Below, one piece after another: positions 26,061 to 38,383 of a DNA stretch of 64,000 nt. The notes beneath the pieces were generated by a model. It was not told the DNA's origin, made no database searches, and saw only the letters and a list, made by a program, of their open reading frames with translations. Origin of the DNA: Tricharina praecox (Eukaryota); NCBI RefSeq assembly GCF_024521635.1, contig NW_026250421.1:186001-250000 (forward strand). The letters are read 5' to 3'. The position numbers and the translations under genes are program-made. How positions within the stretch are numbered: the stretch's first letter is position 1; the number at the start of each line of letters is the position of its first letter.

Positions 26061-26794
26061 CTATAGATCGAGCATAGGCTTTCCCTTGTACTTTCTCCCC
26101 GCCCTCTCCGCCGCGCGAAACATCAGCTGCGACCCGTGGAGATCGAACACCATATCCTTCCCCTTCCCCTTCTCCCCGCCCATGTCGACCACAACTCTAA
26201 AAACCGTAAACTCCTTCGGCACCGCTGTTGACCATTAGCCGTATTCACCCCGCATTCACCCCATATTCGTCCCGGGGGTGGGGGTATACATTTAACCGCA
26301 TCCCTCTCCGTGACTATAACCACAACGCCCCTAGTCTCCTTCACCACAGTCCCCCGAATCCCAACACGATCCACCGCCCTGGACCTAACGATCTCGACAA
26401 CCGCGCCGTGCAGATCCGCGCCCGCCAGCCTCTGCGCCATGACCGTAGAACCGCTCATGGCCAGCCCGCGCGCATACCCCGTCCACAGCTCACGCAGCGG
26501 CGCGAACGTCGCGTGCTTGAGGTCCTTTGGGAGGGCGTGGACGGCGAGCGCGCGCTTCTCGCGCGCCGTGAGCGGCTTGATCCTGTTGGTGTTGGTAGGC
26601 TTGGGCGCACGTCGGAGGTCGCGCGCGGTAGGTGTGCTCGTCGTAGGCGTCGGGTGCAGGGCGAGCGGCTTAGGGAGTTTTTCGGTGAGGATTAGCGCTG
26701 CGATCGAGGGCGGGTTGTGTGCGACGAGGAGCACGTGCGCGTCGGCGAGGGAGGCGGGGATCGTCGGCTTGGGTGTGGGCGTGGGCGTTGACAT
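26061..26794 (-). CDS. POP4: RNase P/MRP subunit Pop4 (Rpp29); one intron near 26230-26290
   Basis: FAPLRELWTGYA..L, LAGADLHGAVVEIVRSR...VGIRGTVVKET, spliced VPKEFTVF...FDLHGSQLMFRAAERAGRKYK. Confidence 0.93.
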
Positions 26795-27243
26795 GGTTGT
26801 GTGGTGGTGGTGGAGGAGTGGAGGAAAGCGCCGGTGGAGTGCTTAGTGCACATGAAATGAGCTATCGTCGGGGCTGACGCGAGTTCACGTGCCCACCTTT
26901 ATTCTACGCGAAAGGTCGCGGACTCGTGGCCGAGTCATTCGTTGTGAAAAGTTACAAGCTCATATTACCACCATAACCCTCCCTCACCACCACCACTCCG
27001 TCCAAACACCTTGTTCGCAGCCCACTCAATGCAAATAACTAGCCCTACAAAAGAATAGGACAAGACACAGTGAAGAGGCATTTTAATCTGGAGTAAACGA
27101 ACAGAATCGAAAATCCGGACCGTAATTGAAAATGAGAACGCCAATTGAAAAGAAGAAAGAAGCCAGAAAAAGACCACAAAGAACACGGAACCTCAAGCGT
27201 TATGGTACAGTACAGTAATGACGGAAATTTGTGCCGTAGCCGG

Positions 27244-28381
27244 TTATAACTCTTCGTAGTCCATGACTTGGACAACGGAGGTCTTGGGGCTGGGAAACTT
27301 CTCTTTCTTCCAGTTCACGTACTTGTCCAGCAGGGCAGGCCCTAGATAAATTAGCAACCCCGTATTCAGCAGTATTGGGGAACTCACAGGCACTCTCCTC
27401 AGAGTGTTCCTTCAAGCTCCAAGAAACACCCATATTGAAGTGGTAAAACTGGTCATATTGGTCCCTTGTGATGACAGCCACCGGCCTAGGCTCCGTAGTG
27501 ATGAACTCGACGAAAGCGTTGACATGTGGGAACTCGCCGGGCGTGGGCATGCCCGCGGCAACGGCTTCGCTCGGCTCCCAGTCAAGATTGTAGCGTTTCT
27601 CGTCAAGCAGGACCTTGAACAGCTCGCCGGCAACCTCCACGTCGATGTTCTTCGCGTTCTCGGGGCGGAAATGCTCAAAACACCACTTGTAAAATGGCTT
27701 GAAGGCGGGGTTTGGCTCCGGTTTGACGCGTGGGCGGACGGTGTCTAGGAGGGACGGGAGTTGAGCGAGGAGTTGTCCGTTCGACTTGACCCTGTGGCAA
27801 CCATCGTCAGCAGCAATCCACCCAAAGAGAGGGAAGTGAGAGAAACGTACTTGATGGTATTCATGAACCTAGTAAACTCCTCCTTGGTGATACTCATGGG
27901 CGTAGATACCTGGCACTTGTACATGATGAAGTAGAGAAACACTCCCTCTGGGTGAATGCCTAGATCGCTCATCCATTTCTGAGCAGACTCCGGGTCGAGT
28001 TGGCCAGAATCCGGATCTTTCGCGCACACCTATCGTCAGCGCAAACACTCAGCAGCACCACCAACTCAATAGATCATTCATACCAGCATAAGTGTCAAAC
28101 CACTTCTCAGTACTGTTCCCCTTGATCACCACCTTCTTCGTCGTCGTCGACTTCTTGGCAGGCGTCGACTTCTTAACTACTGGCTTCTTGACTTCTACTG
28201 CCTTGTCCACAGCATCCATTGTAGCCGCCGTGCGTTTCCGCTGTCCGTTCGTCGCCGTCTTCGGTGCTGTTGTCGGGGGAGGAGTAGGCGGGGGAGCTTC
28301 TGCTGCCTTGCGTGCCGACGCTCGTGTGGTGCGGGCCTCCCCAGGCGGGGCGGTCACCTTCGCTTTCTTCTTGGGAGGCAT
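27244..28381 (-). CDS. DCN1-like cullin neddylation co-E3 (PONY domain) with basic N-terminus; 3 introns
   Basis: WFDTY, WMSDLGIHPE, ITKEEF, FKPFYKWCF, ITRDQYDQF, spliced SEESA-WPALLDKYVNW. Confidence 0.82.
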
Positions 28382-28957
28382 GCTTACGAAGCAGCTGCGG
28401 AAGAGGCGGAGGCAGACTATTTTGCCGAGCTGGAGGTGGAGGAAGAGAGGTGTGTAAGAAGGTGCACAACAGAGCTGTAGGTCGTGCTGTGAGGTGAGAT
28501 GAGTATGGGAACTAGCGGGTAAGTGAATAGCTTGGAAGTCGGAGGAGGGGTCGAGCTGAGCGGAGGGAGAGGAGTTGGGAGCGAGTTGTCGGTGGGCGGG
28601 AGATACGTCGTGGTGGTAGGTAGTGGGAGTGCGTAGAGGATGTTCGCGCGTCTCAGAGAAAACACTTTCTACGTGACTGGTGCTCGGAGCAAGAAAACTG
28701 ACGGATTGGAGGAAACCGAGACAAAAAAGGAAATTATCAAACCGATCAAACACCAACCCAGTCCCATAGATCGCATTGCATACTCCATACGCCAGGTCGA
28801 TCCTCACGACGCGCCCCGCGAGTCACCCCAGTAACTAGCCTCGGGAGCCGAATCACCTGACCTCGAAAAATCCAGCAGAGCCTCGCTCACTCCCAGTCTC
28901 CCACCATGCACGACCCGAAAGCAACCTCACTCACCTCTCACAACCACAACCACCACA

Positions 28958-29535
28958 ATGGCAAAGAAAGCGATCCAAAAGAACCAGATCGTTAAGCTCA
29001 TCGTCGGCGCGGGACAGGCCAGTCCCTCGCCGCCGGTCGGTCCAGCTCTTGGATCCAAGGGAGTGAAGTCCATGGACTTCTGCAAGGTCCGCTCTCTCTC
29101 GCCTTGCCTCGATTCGGGAGTGCTCACCCGCGAATATAGGAATTCAACGCCCGCACAGCCCACATGACCGCCGGCACTCCGATACCCGCGCGCATCACCG
29201 TGCGGCCCGACCGGTCCTTCCACTTTGAGCTGCGGACACCAGCAACCTCATGGCTTCTCCTCAACGCTGCCGGTGTGGAGAAGAAGAAGGGAAAGCTGAA
29301 GGGCGCGAACACTCCCGGAACCCAGATAGTCGGCTCCGTGAGTTTGAAACATGTCTACGAGATTGCGAAGATCAAGAAGACGGTATGATACCCGGGGAGA
29401 CGAGGATGGGTCGAGAGAAGGCTGGGTGCTGATACGTGAGGATAGGAACCGAGGTTGGCGGGGTTGTCGCTTGAGGGCCTCGTGAAGAGCATTCTGGCAC
29501 AGGCGGATACGATCGGAATTGAGGTCAAGCCGTGA
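28958..29535 (+). CDS. MRPL19: Mitochondrial ribosomal protein uL11m; 2 introns
   Basis: [67 protein letters not shown]. Confidence 0.96.
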
Positions 29536-30783
29536 ATGTGGACCGAAATCGAATGTATCATAGAATATCTCTACCGTACACATCATCATCACCACTCACT
29601 CTCAGCTTGAAAGGGCTGGAATGGTATTGGTCTGAGATAGTCTTTATGTTGGCATTCAAGCTCCAGCACAATGTTCCAGCCTGACCTACAGGGCCACAAG
29701 TGAAGTGCCCACCCACCCACCGGTACTCCGAGCATCCCCCACCGCTCACCGGTACTCCGAGTACTCCGAAGCAAATCTCGAGCCCCATCTTAATCCGCAG
29801 CCCAACACTGATCGTGAGCAACATGGCACAGGAACTCTTATGTCCTCCCTAAATATATCCCGGAAGTCTCTGAAGCCGGTGGTCAAGACGATGGTGCAAT
29901 GTAACGTATAAGAAGACCATCGTATCTGGTGGGTTTCTATAGGTCAGGGTGATCACTAAGTACGATGTCGAAGACTACTACAGCAGGTATGCGTGAAGAG
30001 ATCGTGCGTGCAGATGCTTTGTGCGTCGAAGTTGTCGGATCTGATAATCCGTATATACGTCTTTTTTTGTGGGGGAGCGGGGACCAATGTGGTGGGCTGT
30101 GGGGTAGAACTCCGATGGCGGATGGAGTACTACTGTACTAGTGAAATCCATATTCACCGGAATCAATTCCAAAGACTAGCATTACACCTTGCACCTATAT
30201 ATTACATTTACGAGTAGAATCCCGGTGACGACATTGCCAGTATCGTCGCCGCGATGAGGGAAGATGCCTACGAATGTGCTATTCACCTCGTCCTCTGGAC
30301 CTATTTCACTGATAATTACCGTAAATATACTCTAAATTCAAGAATGGAGATAGAGTATAGTAGTACCTAGACCTACACGCCAACCGGGTGGTACCTAAAC
30401 CAAATAGGTACATCATCGCACCTGCTCACACCACCCTCTACACCCCCTCGCACATCTGTGACCTCGCCATCAGAAGCTTGTACACTGTCACTGCCTGGGG
30501 CGGCTGCAACACTGACGTTGCACTAAGAGCTTGGGTCACGCCGTCTGGGGCTAGTTGACTACTGTGGTCTACAATTATTCATCAGCCGGTGAGAACATTC
30601 ACCATTAAACTTGCAAGGTTATCGGGCGTGCAGTATATGATTGCTGTTGTCGATAGGGCTGGGAATTGGCACGCAGCCTTGGGGTTGATGCAGTTGCTAA
30701 TTACCACACTAGTGGTGCACTCGCCGCGGTGAAGACTGCTTTCGGGAGGAGTGAAGTGCTTCCGCACCTTCGGTGACATTTCC

Positions 30784-30884
30784 GAGAACGGCTTGTACTG
30801 AGAACAGCTTGTACTGAGAACGGCTTGTACTGAGAACGGCTTGTACTGAGAACGGCTTGTACTGAGAACGGCTTGTACTGAGAA
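30784..30884. repeat. Minisatellite, about 6.3 copies of the 16-mer GAGAACGGCTTGTACT
   Basis: Six head-to-tail copies (one G>A variant in copy 2) plus a partial seventh; no spacers. Confidence 0.95.
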
Positions 30885-32497
30885 TGTGGAGGAGGGGGAA
30901 TGGTACATAACAGTTATACTTCCAGCCGGGAAGGCGCGAGTGGAATGAGAGGTTTCAAGCCGACATTTGGTGTTGGTTAGGAATGTGATGACTACCAAGA
31001 TGACACCTGGAACAGTGATCACGGAGAAGAATGGTAAGGACTTTGCGTGTTTTATGACAAGTTTTAAGGTGGGGTGTTGGAGAATAGGAAGGGAACGTGA
31101 TGGTGTCGGTGAAGGGTTGATGATTCTGATGAAGGGTAGGTAAGTGTGAACAAGTTCGTGTACAAGGTGAAGGAGTATTATGAAGGATTTAGGGCCCGAG
31201 GGTATGATGGATTTAGGGCTTCGTGTTGGGGCTTAGGGCTTAGACATGGGGTTCGGATGGTGGTTCTCACGAGGGATGACGGATGTTTCATAGGTGGTGG
31301 AAATATTAGGCATCTGCAGCAACAATCTCGAGCGGGATCGACTGACCTTCTTCTACTTGTACTTCATCTCTTCTTGTTGCTGTCGATAAGGTATCGGGAC
31401 GCCGCAGCAGCGCTGAAACAGCGGATGACAACAATGACAATCACCATCGCCGCTACCGGTACCGGTGACCGCTCCGACAGATCATCGGATCGTCTCCAGA
31501 ACATCGTTGCCGAATATCCGTTCTTGTACTTCGTATAATAGTGTATAAGTGAGCCTGCCGTGCGCAGAAATCTCATTCTTCAGCTTCATCTGGTCTCTTC
31601 CGGGCCCGAGATTCCCTCGCAGGTGATCTGATTGTCGAGTAATGACCAAAAGCATCCTCTTCGGCAGATATAGGATGTGCCTGTATGATATCATAGCGTG
31701 GCAGCGATATATTCCGCAGTGCAGTGGGGCATCAATATCAAACCGAAGTGTTGCTGCTTGCACATGGCTACGCTCACGCTCACTGGCCGTGAGAGTGGGG
31801 ATATGCGGACTGCCGTGGGTGGGGAAGAGCGGCGCGAACACGGTATCGATTACCGCCTGCTATGTGTCGGGTCGGGCCATGTCATGTCATGTAGTCTCCC
31901 GCGTGGAGAGGTATAGCGAGTGTTCATGCAGTGGTACCGGTCAGTTATGAAGGTGTTTCATGATATGTGGAAATTTTGCGCCATTGGAACGAAGTGGATC
32001 CTATGGGCCGAGGTGAAAATGCCGCTCATAGCTGAATTTATACTGAGAGAATTTGTACCGTAAACACGGATTTGAATGAGCCCAAGCAAACGTGTCCCGT
32101 TCCAGTTGTGCCATGCGATTGCATGCGAAGTGGCATTGCTATATGCCCCTTGATATTGTACAATTAACGAAAATATGCCTTGCCCTAAGCACCCTCGACC
32201 TTGACCTTGACGTCCATCCTCAACTCACACTCCTCCAAATTCAAAAACCAACTTCCTGCCACTCATTCTCTCTCTCCCCCCTCTTTATCACCCTCTGTTC
32301 TCGCCGCTCCTTACTCCCTCAAACTTCTTTCCACTCCACTCATCCTTCCTCCCACAAATTTTCGATACCCAAACCTCCCAGCCGACAGTTTCTCTTCATC
32401 TACGCCCCACATCTCCCATTCTGTCCCCTCTTCAAGTCCCCGGATTACAATCGATTGAAACTCCAATCTTCAGTTGAGCTACTGCCAAACTCCAACG

Positions 32498-33900
32498 ATG
32501 AAATCCCAACTTCTCTTCGCCCTGCTGGGAGCCACCTGCACCTTGGCCCATCACATGGTCTCCAATGTTTGGATCGACGGCGTGAACCAGGGAGCCGGCA
32601 CCTGCATGCGTACTCCCCTCGATACTTCTCCCATGACCGATATCACCGCTTCCACTATGGCCTGCAATGTCAACGGCAACAGGAAATTCGAAATCACTTG
32701 CCCTGCGAATGGTAGTCCCCACCCCTCCGAAATACGTCCCCAGAATTTCCGACCGAGTGAGTGCTAACGTATCCGTTCAGCTGGTTCGACTGTCACTATC
32801 CAGTGGCGTACTTGGCCCGACGGCAGCAATGATAGCCCCATTGATGTCTCTCACCAGGGCCCATGTGCTGTGTACATGAAGAGGATGGGTGACAATGGTG
32901 ACGGTGAGGTTGCTGGAGGTGGTATGTCTCTCAATTCTTTCCTTCTGAATGATGAGATTCTGATGAATGAGCAGGATGGTTTAAGATTTGGCAGGATGGA
33001 TTTCGCGACGGAGAGTTCTGTACCGAGAGACTGCGCAAGAACGGTAACAGGATGGTCGTCAAGATTCCCGAGGACTTGGCCGGGTATGTTATTCTCCTAC
33101 CTGGTTGCAGTGGTGATCTGAGCGTTAATGATGGTGCAGAGGTTACTACACCCTTCGTGCCGAACACCTTGCTCTTCACCAGGCTCAGAGTGTCGGTGGT
33201 GCTCAGTGGTATGTTGGGTATGTACATCGAATCTATCCAACCCGGTGGTGGATCTGAAACTTATGAACATAGATGTGCCCAACTCTTTCTCTACTCGACC
33301 GGCGGAAACACCAAACCCGGCAACACCGTTTCTATCCCCGGATACGTCTCTGCCCAGCACCCCGGCGTTCACTACGACTATTGGCTCAAGAAGGGTGCTG
33401 GTTATAAGATGCCTGGACCTGAGCCATACGTCAAGACCAATAGCGGTGGTGGCAATCCCATCAAGGTCCCCTTCACGCCCCACAAGTACGGCGAGTGCTT
33501 GGTCAAGAACGCGAACTGGTGTGCCGTTTCTCCTCCCGCTCACAACAATGAGGTTTCTTGCTGGAAGGTCAGAACCCATTTCAAAGTCATTCATTGGCCA
33601 TACCGCTAATCGAGGCAATAGGCTTCCCAGAATTGTTGGAAGCAGCTTGATACTTGTTACGCCGAGGCCCCTATCACTGGTAACAAGGGCTGCAAGGAAT
33701 GGGAGAAGAGGTGTGAGAACTATCTGGTAAGTGAACTCGGTCCTCTTTGGCGTGCACGAGCTTACGTCCAGCAGACTGCCTGCCATAAGTGCACCCAGAA
33801 TGGCTGTCAGGGCTCTAAGGTGAAGAGGGTGAGGCGTGCCATGCGTGGACACAAGCGTCGCCATACTCACCAGATCGACACCCTTGTCGAAGCCCTTTGA
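32498..33900 (+). CDS. Secreted AA9 lytic polysaccharide monooxygenase with a C-terminal Cys-rich module; about 6 introns
   Basis: Signal peptide ends TLA|H (His1), SHQGP, GWFKIWQDG, YTLRAEHLALHQA..GGAQWYVGCAQL, SIPGY, MPGP, then CLVKNANWC...CW..CW..C..GC..W..C. Confidence 0.9.
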
Positions 33901-34433
33901 GCAGTCAGTACCTGCATCTCGGCGGGGAATATTGCGAATGTTCTAATCTTACTATCTTTGTTTTGAGTACTTCTTGCCTTGCTGGTTGCTTAAGGGATTA
34001 GGGAGGTGCAGAGGAATGGGGATCACGGAGTTTGAGGGATTCCTTTTTTTGTTTTCTGTTTTTCCTTTTCCTTCTTCCTTTTACCCTTTTTTTCTGTGTT
34101 TCGTTTGGCAGTGGTTTAGTGCGCAGACTGGACTGGGCTATACGTTAGGGAGAATCATTTCACATTTTCATCCAAGGGGCCCACTCAGGTTGTGATACTA
34201 TCAAATTGGGCTCCGCACCGCCGACTGTAGTGAGATCACCGGAGCACCGGTACACTATCCATGGCTCCGCAGTTTAGTCCAGAACTTGGTGTTGATAATC
34301 ATAGACATTGCGAGGTGAGGATCTTTAGATTACTTTTCTATCTCACAAAGCATTAATCCGCAGTAAAATCACAATACTTTGCCAGCCCAAAAATATACGA
34401 ATACAATATCCCCCATCATCACCTGTCCTGGGT

Positions 34434-37400
34434 TCATTCCATATCCTGATCCTCATCATCCTCCTCACTTTCCTCCTCGCTCTCACTTTCCTCCCCCTGA
34501 GCATCCACCTCTTCAACCTCCTCGTCATCATCCCCCAACGGCCTCTTAGCAAACAGCCCCAGAACCTGCTCAAACGCAACGTGCACAGCACCCTGCTCGT
34601 ACGTCTCGAAGGCATCGAAGACTTCTTCGAGCTTTTCTCTTGCCACTACCTTCTCAATCTCCGCCTCTCCGTCATCAACGTCCATAGCGTCCACCTCGCC
34701 GTTAGTGTCCGCAATGTACATTCCCGAGAGCGCACGTGCAGTTTCCTCATCAGCCGCTTCAACAGTTTGGCCGGAAGCAACGATCGAGGCGACGCTGGCG
34801 TGGGAGGCGAAGACGGGGGTGAGGTACTGGATGCGGGCCTGGGTGTCCACAACAAAGAAGCCTTTTCCTGGACCCGCGGAGCGGAGAGCAGAGACTGCGG
34901 ACTCGAGGTTGTGGATGCAGGCTGGCGTGGGGTCGGCGACATCCTTCCAGACGAGTATTTTGCCGTGGTTGCTGCGCTTATTTGAGATTGTGGCTGCGAC
35001 GGCGATTGTGCGTTCCTTGTGGTCGACTGCGAGGTGGAGAGTGGGCGCGAACAGGGCGGGTAGGAGCTCGGTTATGGTGTAGGACCATTCCACGCGGCTG
35101 TGCACGAGGTTCCAAACTAGAAGCTTTTGGCTGCCGGAGGCGACGAGGTAGCGGTCGATGATGGCGAGGCCGGTGGTACGTCCGATTTGCAGTCCGCCGA
35201 GGGTTTGGCGAATGCTGCCGGTGGTGGGGTCGATGAGGTGGATTAGAGAGTCCTCGTGGCTGCCAAAGCCGGCGTCTGGGGAGGAGACGGCGAGAACGGA
35301 AGAGTCCTCGGAGAAGGCGACGTTGCCCCAAGATTTTTGGGGTTGCTCGGCTTCGCCAGCGAGGACAAGGGGAAGGGACTCGCCTTCCTCGTGGCGTCTT
35401 TTGGTAAAGTTGATGGATTTGCGAAGGCCCCAGGTAATCTGGTTCTCCGGGGCTGCGGTAGCACCGGGTCTGGCACGAACCTTGGGTTTCCAAATCTTGA
35501 CGCAGCCATCGGCACCGGCGGTAACGAATGTATGGCCGTTCGGTGCAGCGATCAGGTCGAAGATGCTTTCGGTGCCCATTTCTTCTGGAGAGGGATGCGG
35601 CGAGTCGACGCGAGTAATCAGTTCCCATTCCTTGCGAGCTTCACTCCATCGCCAGAACCTGAGGAACACCTCCCGTTTCCGCTCCATGTTTAGGCTCTGT
35701 GAAACTTCGTCGCGCTTCGAGGGTTGCCACTCGTCCACCGATGCAAGCCAATGGCCGTCACTCGTGGCAGCAAGGAATGTAATGTCCGGCTCTGAGATGA
35801 ACGCCTTGTCGGGTCCTTGGTTGAGGATCGTAGCATTGGTCCTTGTCAGCGCTTGCCGCGATACGTGTCGGTCTGAGTATGTATCAAAGGTCTGGAGGTA
35901 AGGTGACGATGCGTGCTGATCAAGCTGATTCGACGGAGTGGCTATGAGGAGGTTGTTGGCTTTGGTAGGGTGGAGGAGACAAGGAACGACGCGAGACTCC
36001 CGGTTCCGTCGTGATTGCGCATGAGATTGGATTCCGGCAATGTTGGCTTTCGGTTTCAACTCTGAAGTCGACAGGACCATGACTGAGTTGTCCGACAAAT
36101 TGACGGCGTAGGAAGCGCCCCGTGGAGAAACGACGATGCTATTGATACCTGCGCCCAGGTGGGGGAGGAACTGCTTGTGCCCAGTCTCAAGTTGCCAGAT
36201 AACCAAAACGGTCTCCGTGCCTCCAGAAACGATGTACGCTCCTAGAATTCATGTCAGCGTCAAAAAATACATCGAGTGACTGCCAATGACGGAACAGTGG
36301 GGGGGGGGGGGGTTCGGGACGTACCGTCGAGTGCAAACTTCACCGACGAGACCGCCATTCTGTGCCAATGGAGCTTCCTGGGAGTGTGGTCCGTTTCTAC
36401 TTTACTGTACTTGATTACATCGTGCAACACATATAGGGCACCCGCGTTGTCACCAACGACGATGTCGCCTCTGCGTCGTCCACCATTTTTCTTCGGCTTC
36501 TTGCTCGTTGCCATATCCGAGACTTGAATGTCCATGCAAGTCAATGGATTGGCCATCTTGTACACTCTCGGCGCATGCCACTCAGTACCCTCCCTATTGA
36601 GAACTACGATCTCTCTCGCGGCAATAAGACAGACGGCACGTCCAGCGTCCGCAGCATGTAATCTGGTAATATTGTTTCTGGTCGAGTAGATCATCGCCTT
36701 CCCGCCGACCTTAGGCCCAGACAGCGTAACACGCCAAACGGAATAGCTGTCATCCAAGAGTTGCGAAACCGCGTAAACAACCTCCGATTCGGATGACTCC
36801 AGCTTCTGGTCCGGGCAAACACACACATGCCGGAGGGGGCCCAATGCCAGCTTCCACGGGTTGCCGAACTGCTTGCCAGTCGTCAGGTCGTAAAGGTAAA
36901 GCTGCGAATTCGAGGTTGCGATATAGACACGGTCATCCGACTTCGGGTCGATGAAATACGAAACAACATGCTCGGGTGTCGTATGGGCCGAGTTTGATGC
37001 CTGCACCGTGATCGTGCGAACTAGGAGCGATGTTTTTATGGAGTATATTTTCAGCGACAGCGCCTGGGCCACCAGCAAGTGCCTATTTACCGATTTTATA
37101 AGCATAGATTCAACTCAATGACGGATTTAACTTACTTCTCATCTTTGGTAAACACCGGATCGAGTTTCGCATAGCGACCACCAAGAAACGGTGAGAGCTT
37201 CCAGTTGGGTGCGGGTGTGGGTGCGAGTGTAGGAAAGCTTTCATTCTTCGTCGCGATCTCTCCGCTCCCAGCAATACCCACTTTCCCTCCTGCTCGAGGG
37301 AAAACCTTCCTCTTTTTCTTCTTCTCGCCTATCGACTTCTGTGGTACTGTCGTAATAGGCCCTGTAGGCGCAGCGCTCGCCGAGTTTCTGTTCACAGCCT

Positions 37401-37599
37401 TGGTAATCTCTGGCTTTGAGCCTACACCGTTGGGAACCTGCGGCTTTGATTTCGACTTCAGCTTCGGCGATTTGGCGGGTACTGCAGCATTATCGGAAGG
37501 TTGCTTCTTCTGTTTCTGCTGTTTTCGCTGTGGGGCGGCATCTTTCGTCCTGATCGCCAAAGCCTTTCCCTCTGCCGGCGCGGATACAGGCGTGGTCAT
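34434..37599 (-). CDS. UTP17: U3 snoRNP/t-UTP WD40 subunit Utp17/Nan1 (WDR75); 2 introns
   Basis: GGRYAKLDPVFTKDEK, RKLHWHRMAV..VKFALDG-AYIVSGGTETVLVIWQLETGHKQFLPHLG, WLASVDEW, LRFWRW, acidic tail. Confidence 0.92.
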
Positions 37600-38000
37600 T
37601 CTGGCTGCCTTCCCGTAGAGCGACAATGAGGGCGGTAAGTGAGAAGCAGTTCCTGGGTTGTGATGGTTCGTCGGATTGGGGGTCGCCGAGTGGTTATAGT
37701 TGGTCGCTCAAGAAGGGTTTCAACTTTGAAGGTTCCTGACGACTTGAAATTTTTCGTAAACGCGCTAGTGGGGGGAACGAGTCGAAGACCACGCTACTGC
37801 AGCCAAGCCCCAATCCATCCGCCGCTTTTTGTGGCGGCGAACACCAACAACGCCAGAATCGTTTCTTGCAACGAACATCCTCAATTCAACCCACCGAGCG
37901 ACGCGATTTACGACCCACCACCACGACAAAAACGAGAGAAGACTATCGTTACGTCCGTACCGTATACCTTCGTCGTTCGCCGTATTTCGCCAGCTCCAAA

Positions 38001-38383
38001 ATGATCATTCCAGTCCGCTGTTTCTCGTGCGGGAAGGCACGATATATCCTACCCACCGCCGCAGTCACAGCTTGTGCTAACATGCCGCTCAGGTCGTCGG
38101 AGACCTGTGGGAACGCTACTTGAAGCTTCTGGAAGACGGTGTTGCTGAGGGGTTCGCTTTCCGATCCCATGCGACAACGGCGCACTGACTGAACTGAATC
38201 CAGCGATGCGATGGACCAGCTGGGTTGCAAACGGTACTGTTGCCGTAGGATGTTGATGACTCACGTCGATCTCATTGAGAAGCTACTTCGGTTCGTACAG
38301 CCCCCCTTCAAGCTTTGGAAAGGACAGACGGGTATTGACGTTGCTGTAGTTACAACCCTGCCGACCGAAACCGCAACCGGTGA
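38001..38383 (+). CDS. RPB10: RNA polymerases I/II/III common subunit RPABC5; 3 introns, the first GC-AG
   Basis: Spliced [22 protein letters not shown]...[33 protein letters not shown]. Confidence 0.97.

Noticed and set aside
30039..30047. Perfect SreA site ATCTGATAA
   Set aside because: A single copy with no iron-uptake gene nearby; about one match is expected by chance in 64 kb.
30784..30884. CRISPR-like array
   Set aside because: Repeats are contiguous with no spacers, the genome is eukaryotic, and there are no cas genes.
31189..31240. Telomere remnant or telomerase RNA template
   Set aside because: TTAGGG copies are dispersed, not tandem, and I did not see a 1.5-repeat template such as TAACCCTAA.
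32434..32445. AAGTCCCCGG resembling RNase MRP CR-I
   Set aside because: It lies about 55 nt upstream of the AA9 ATG with no matching CR-V or P4 partner.
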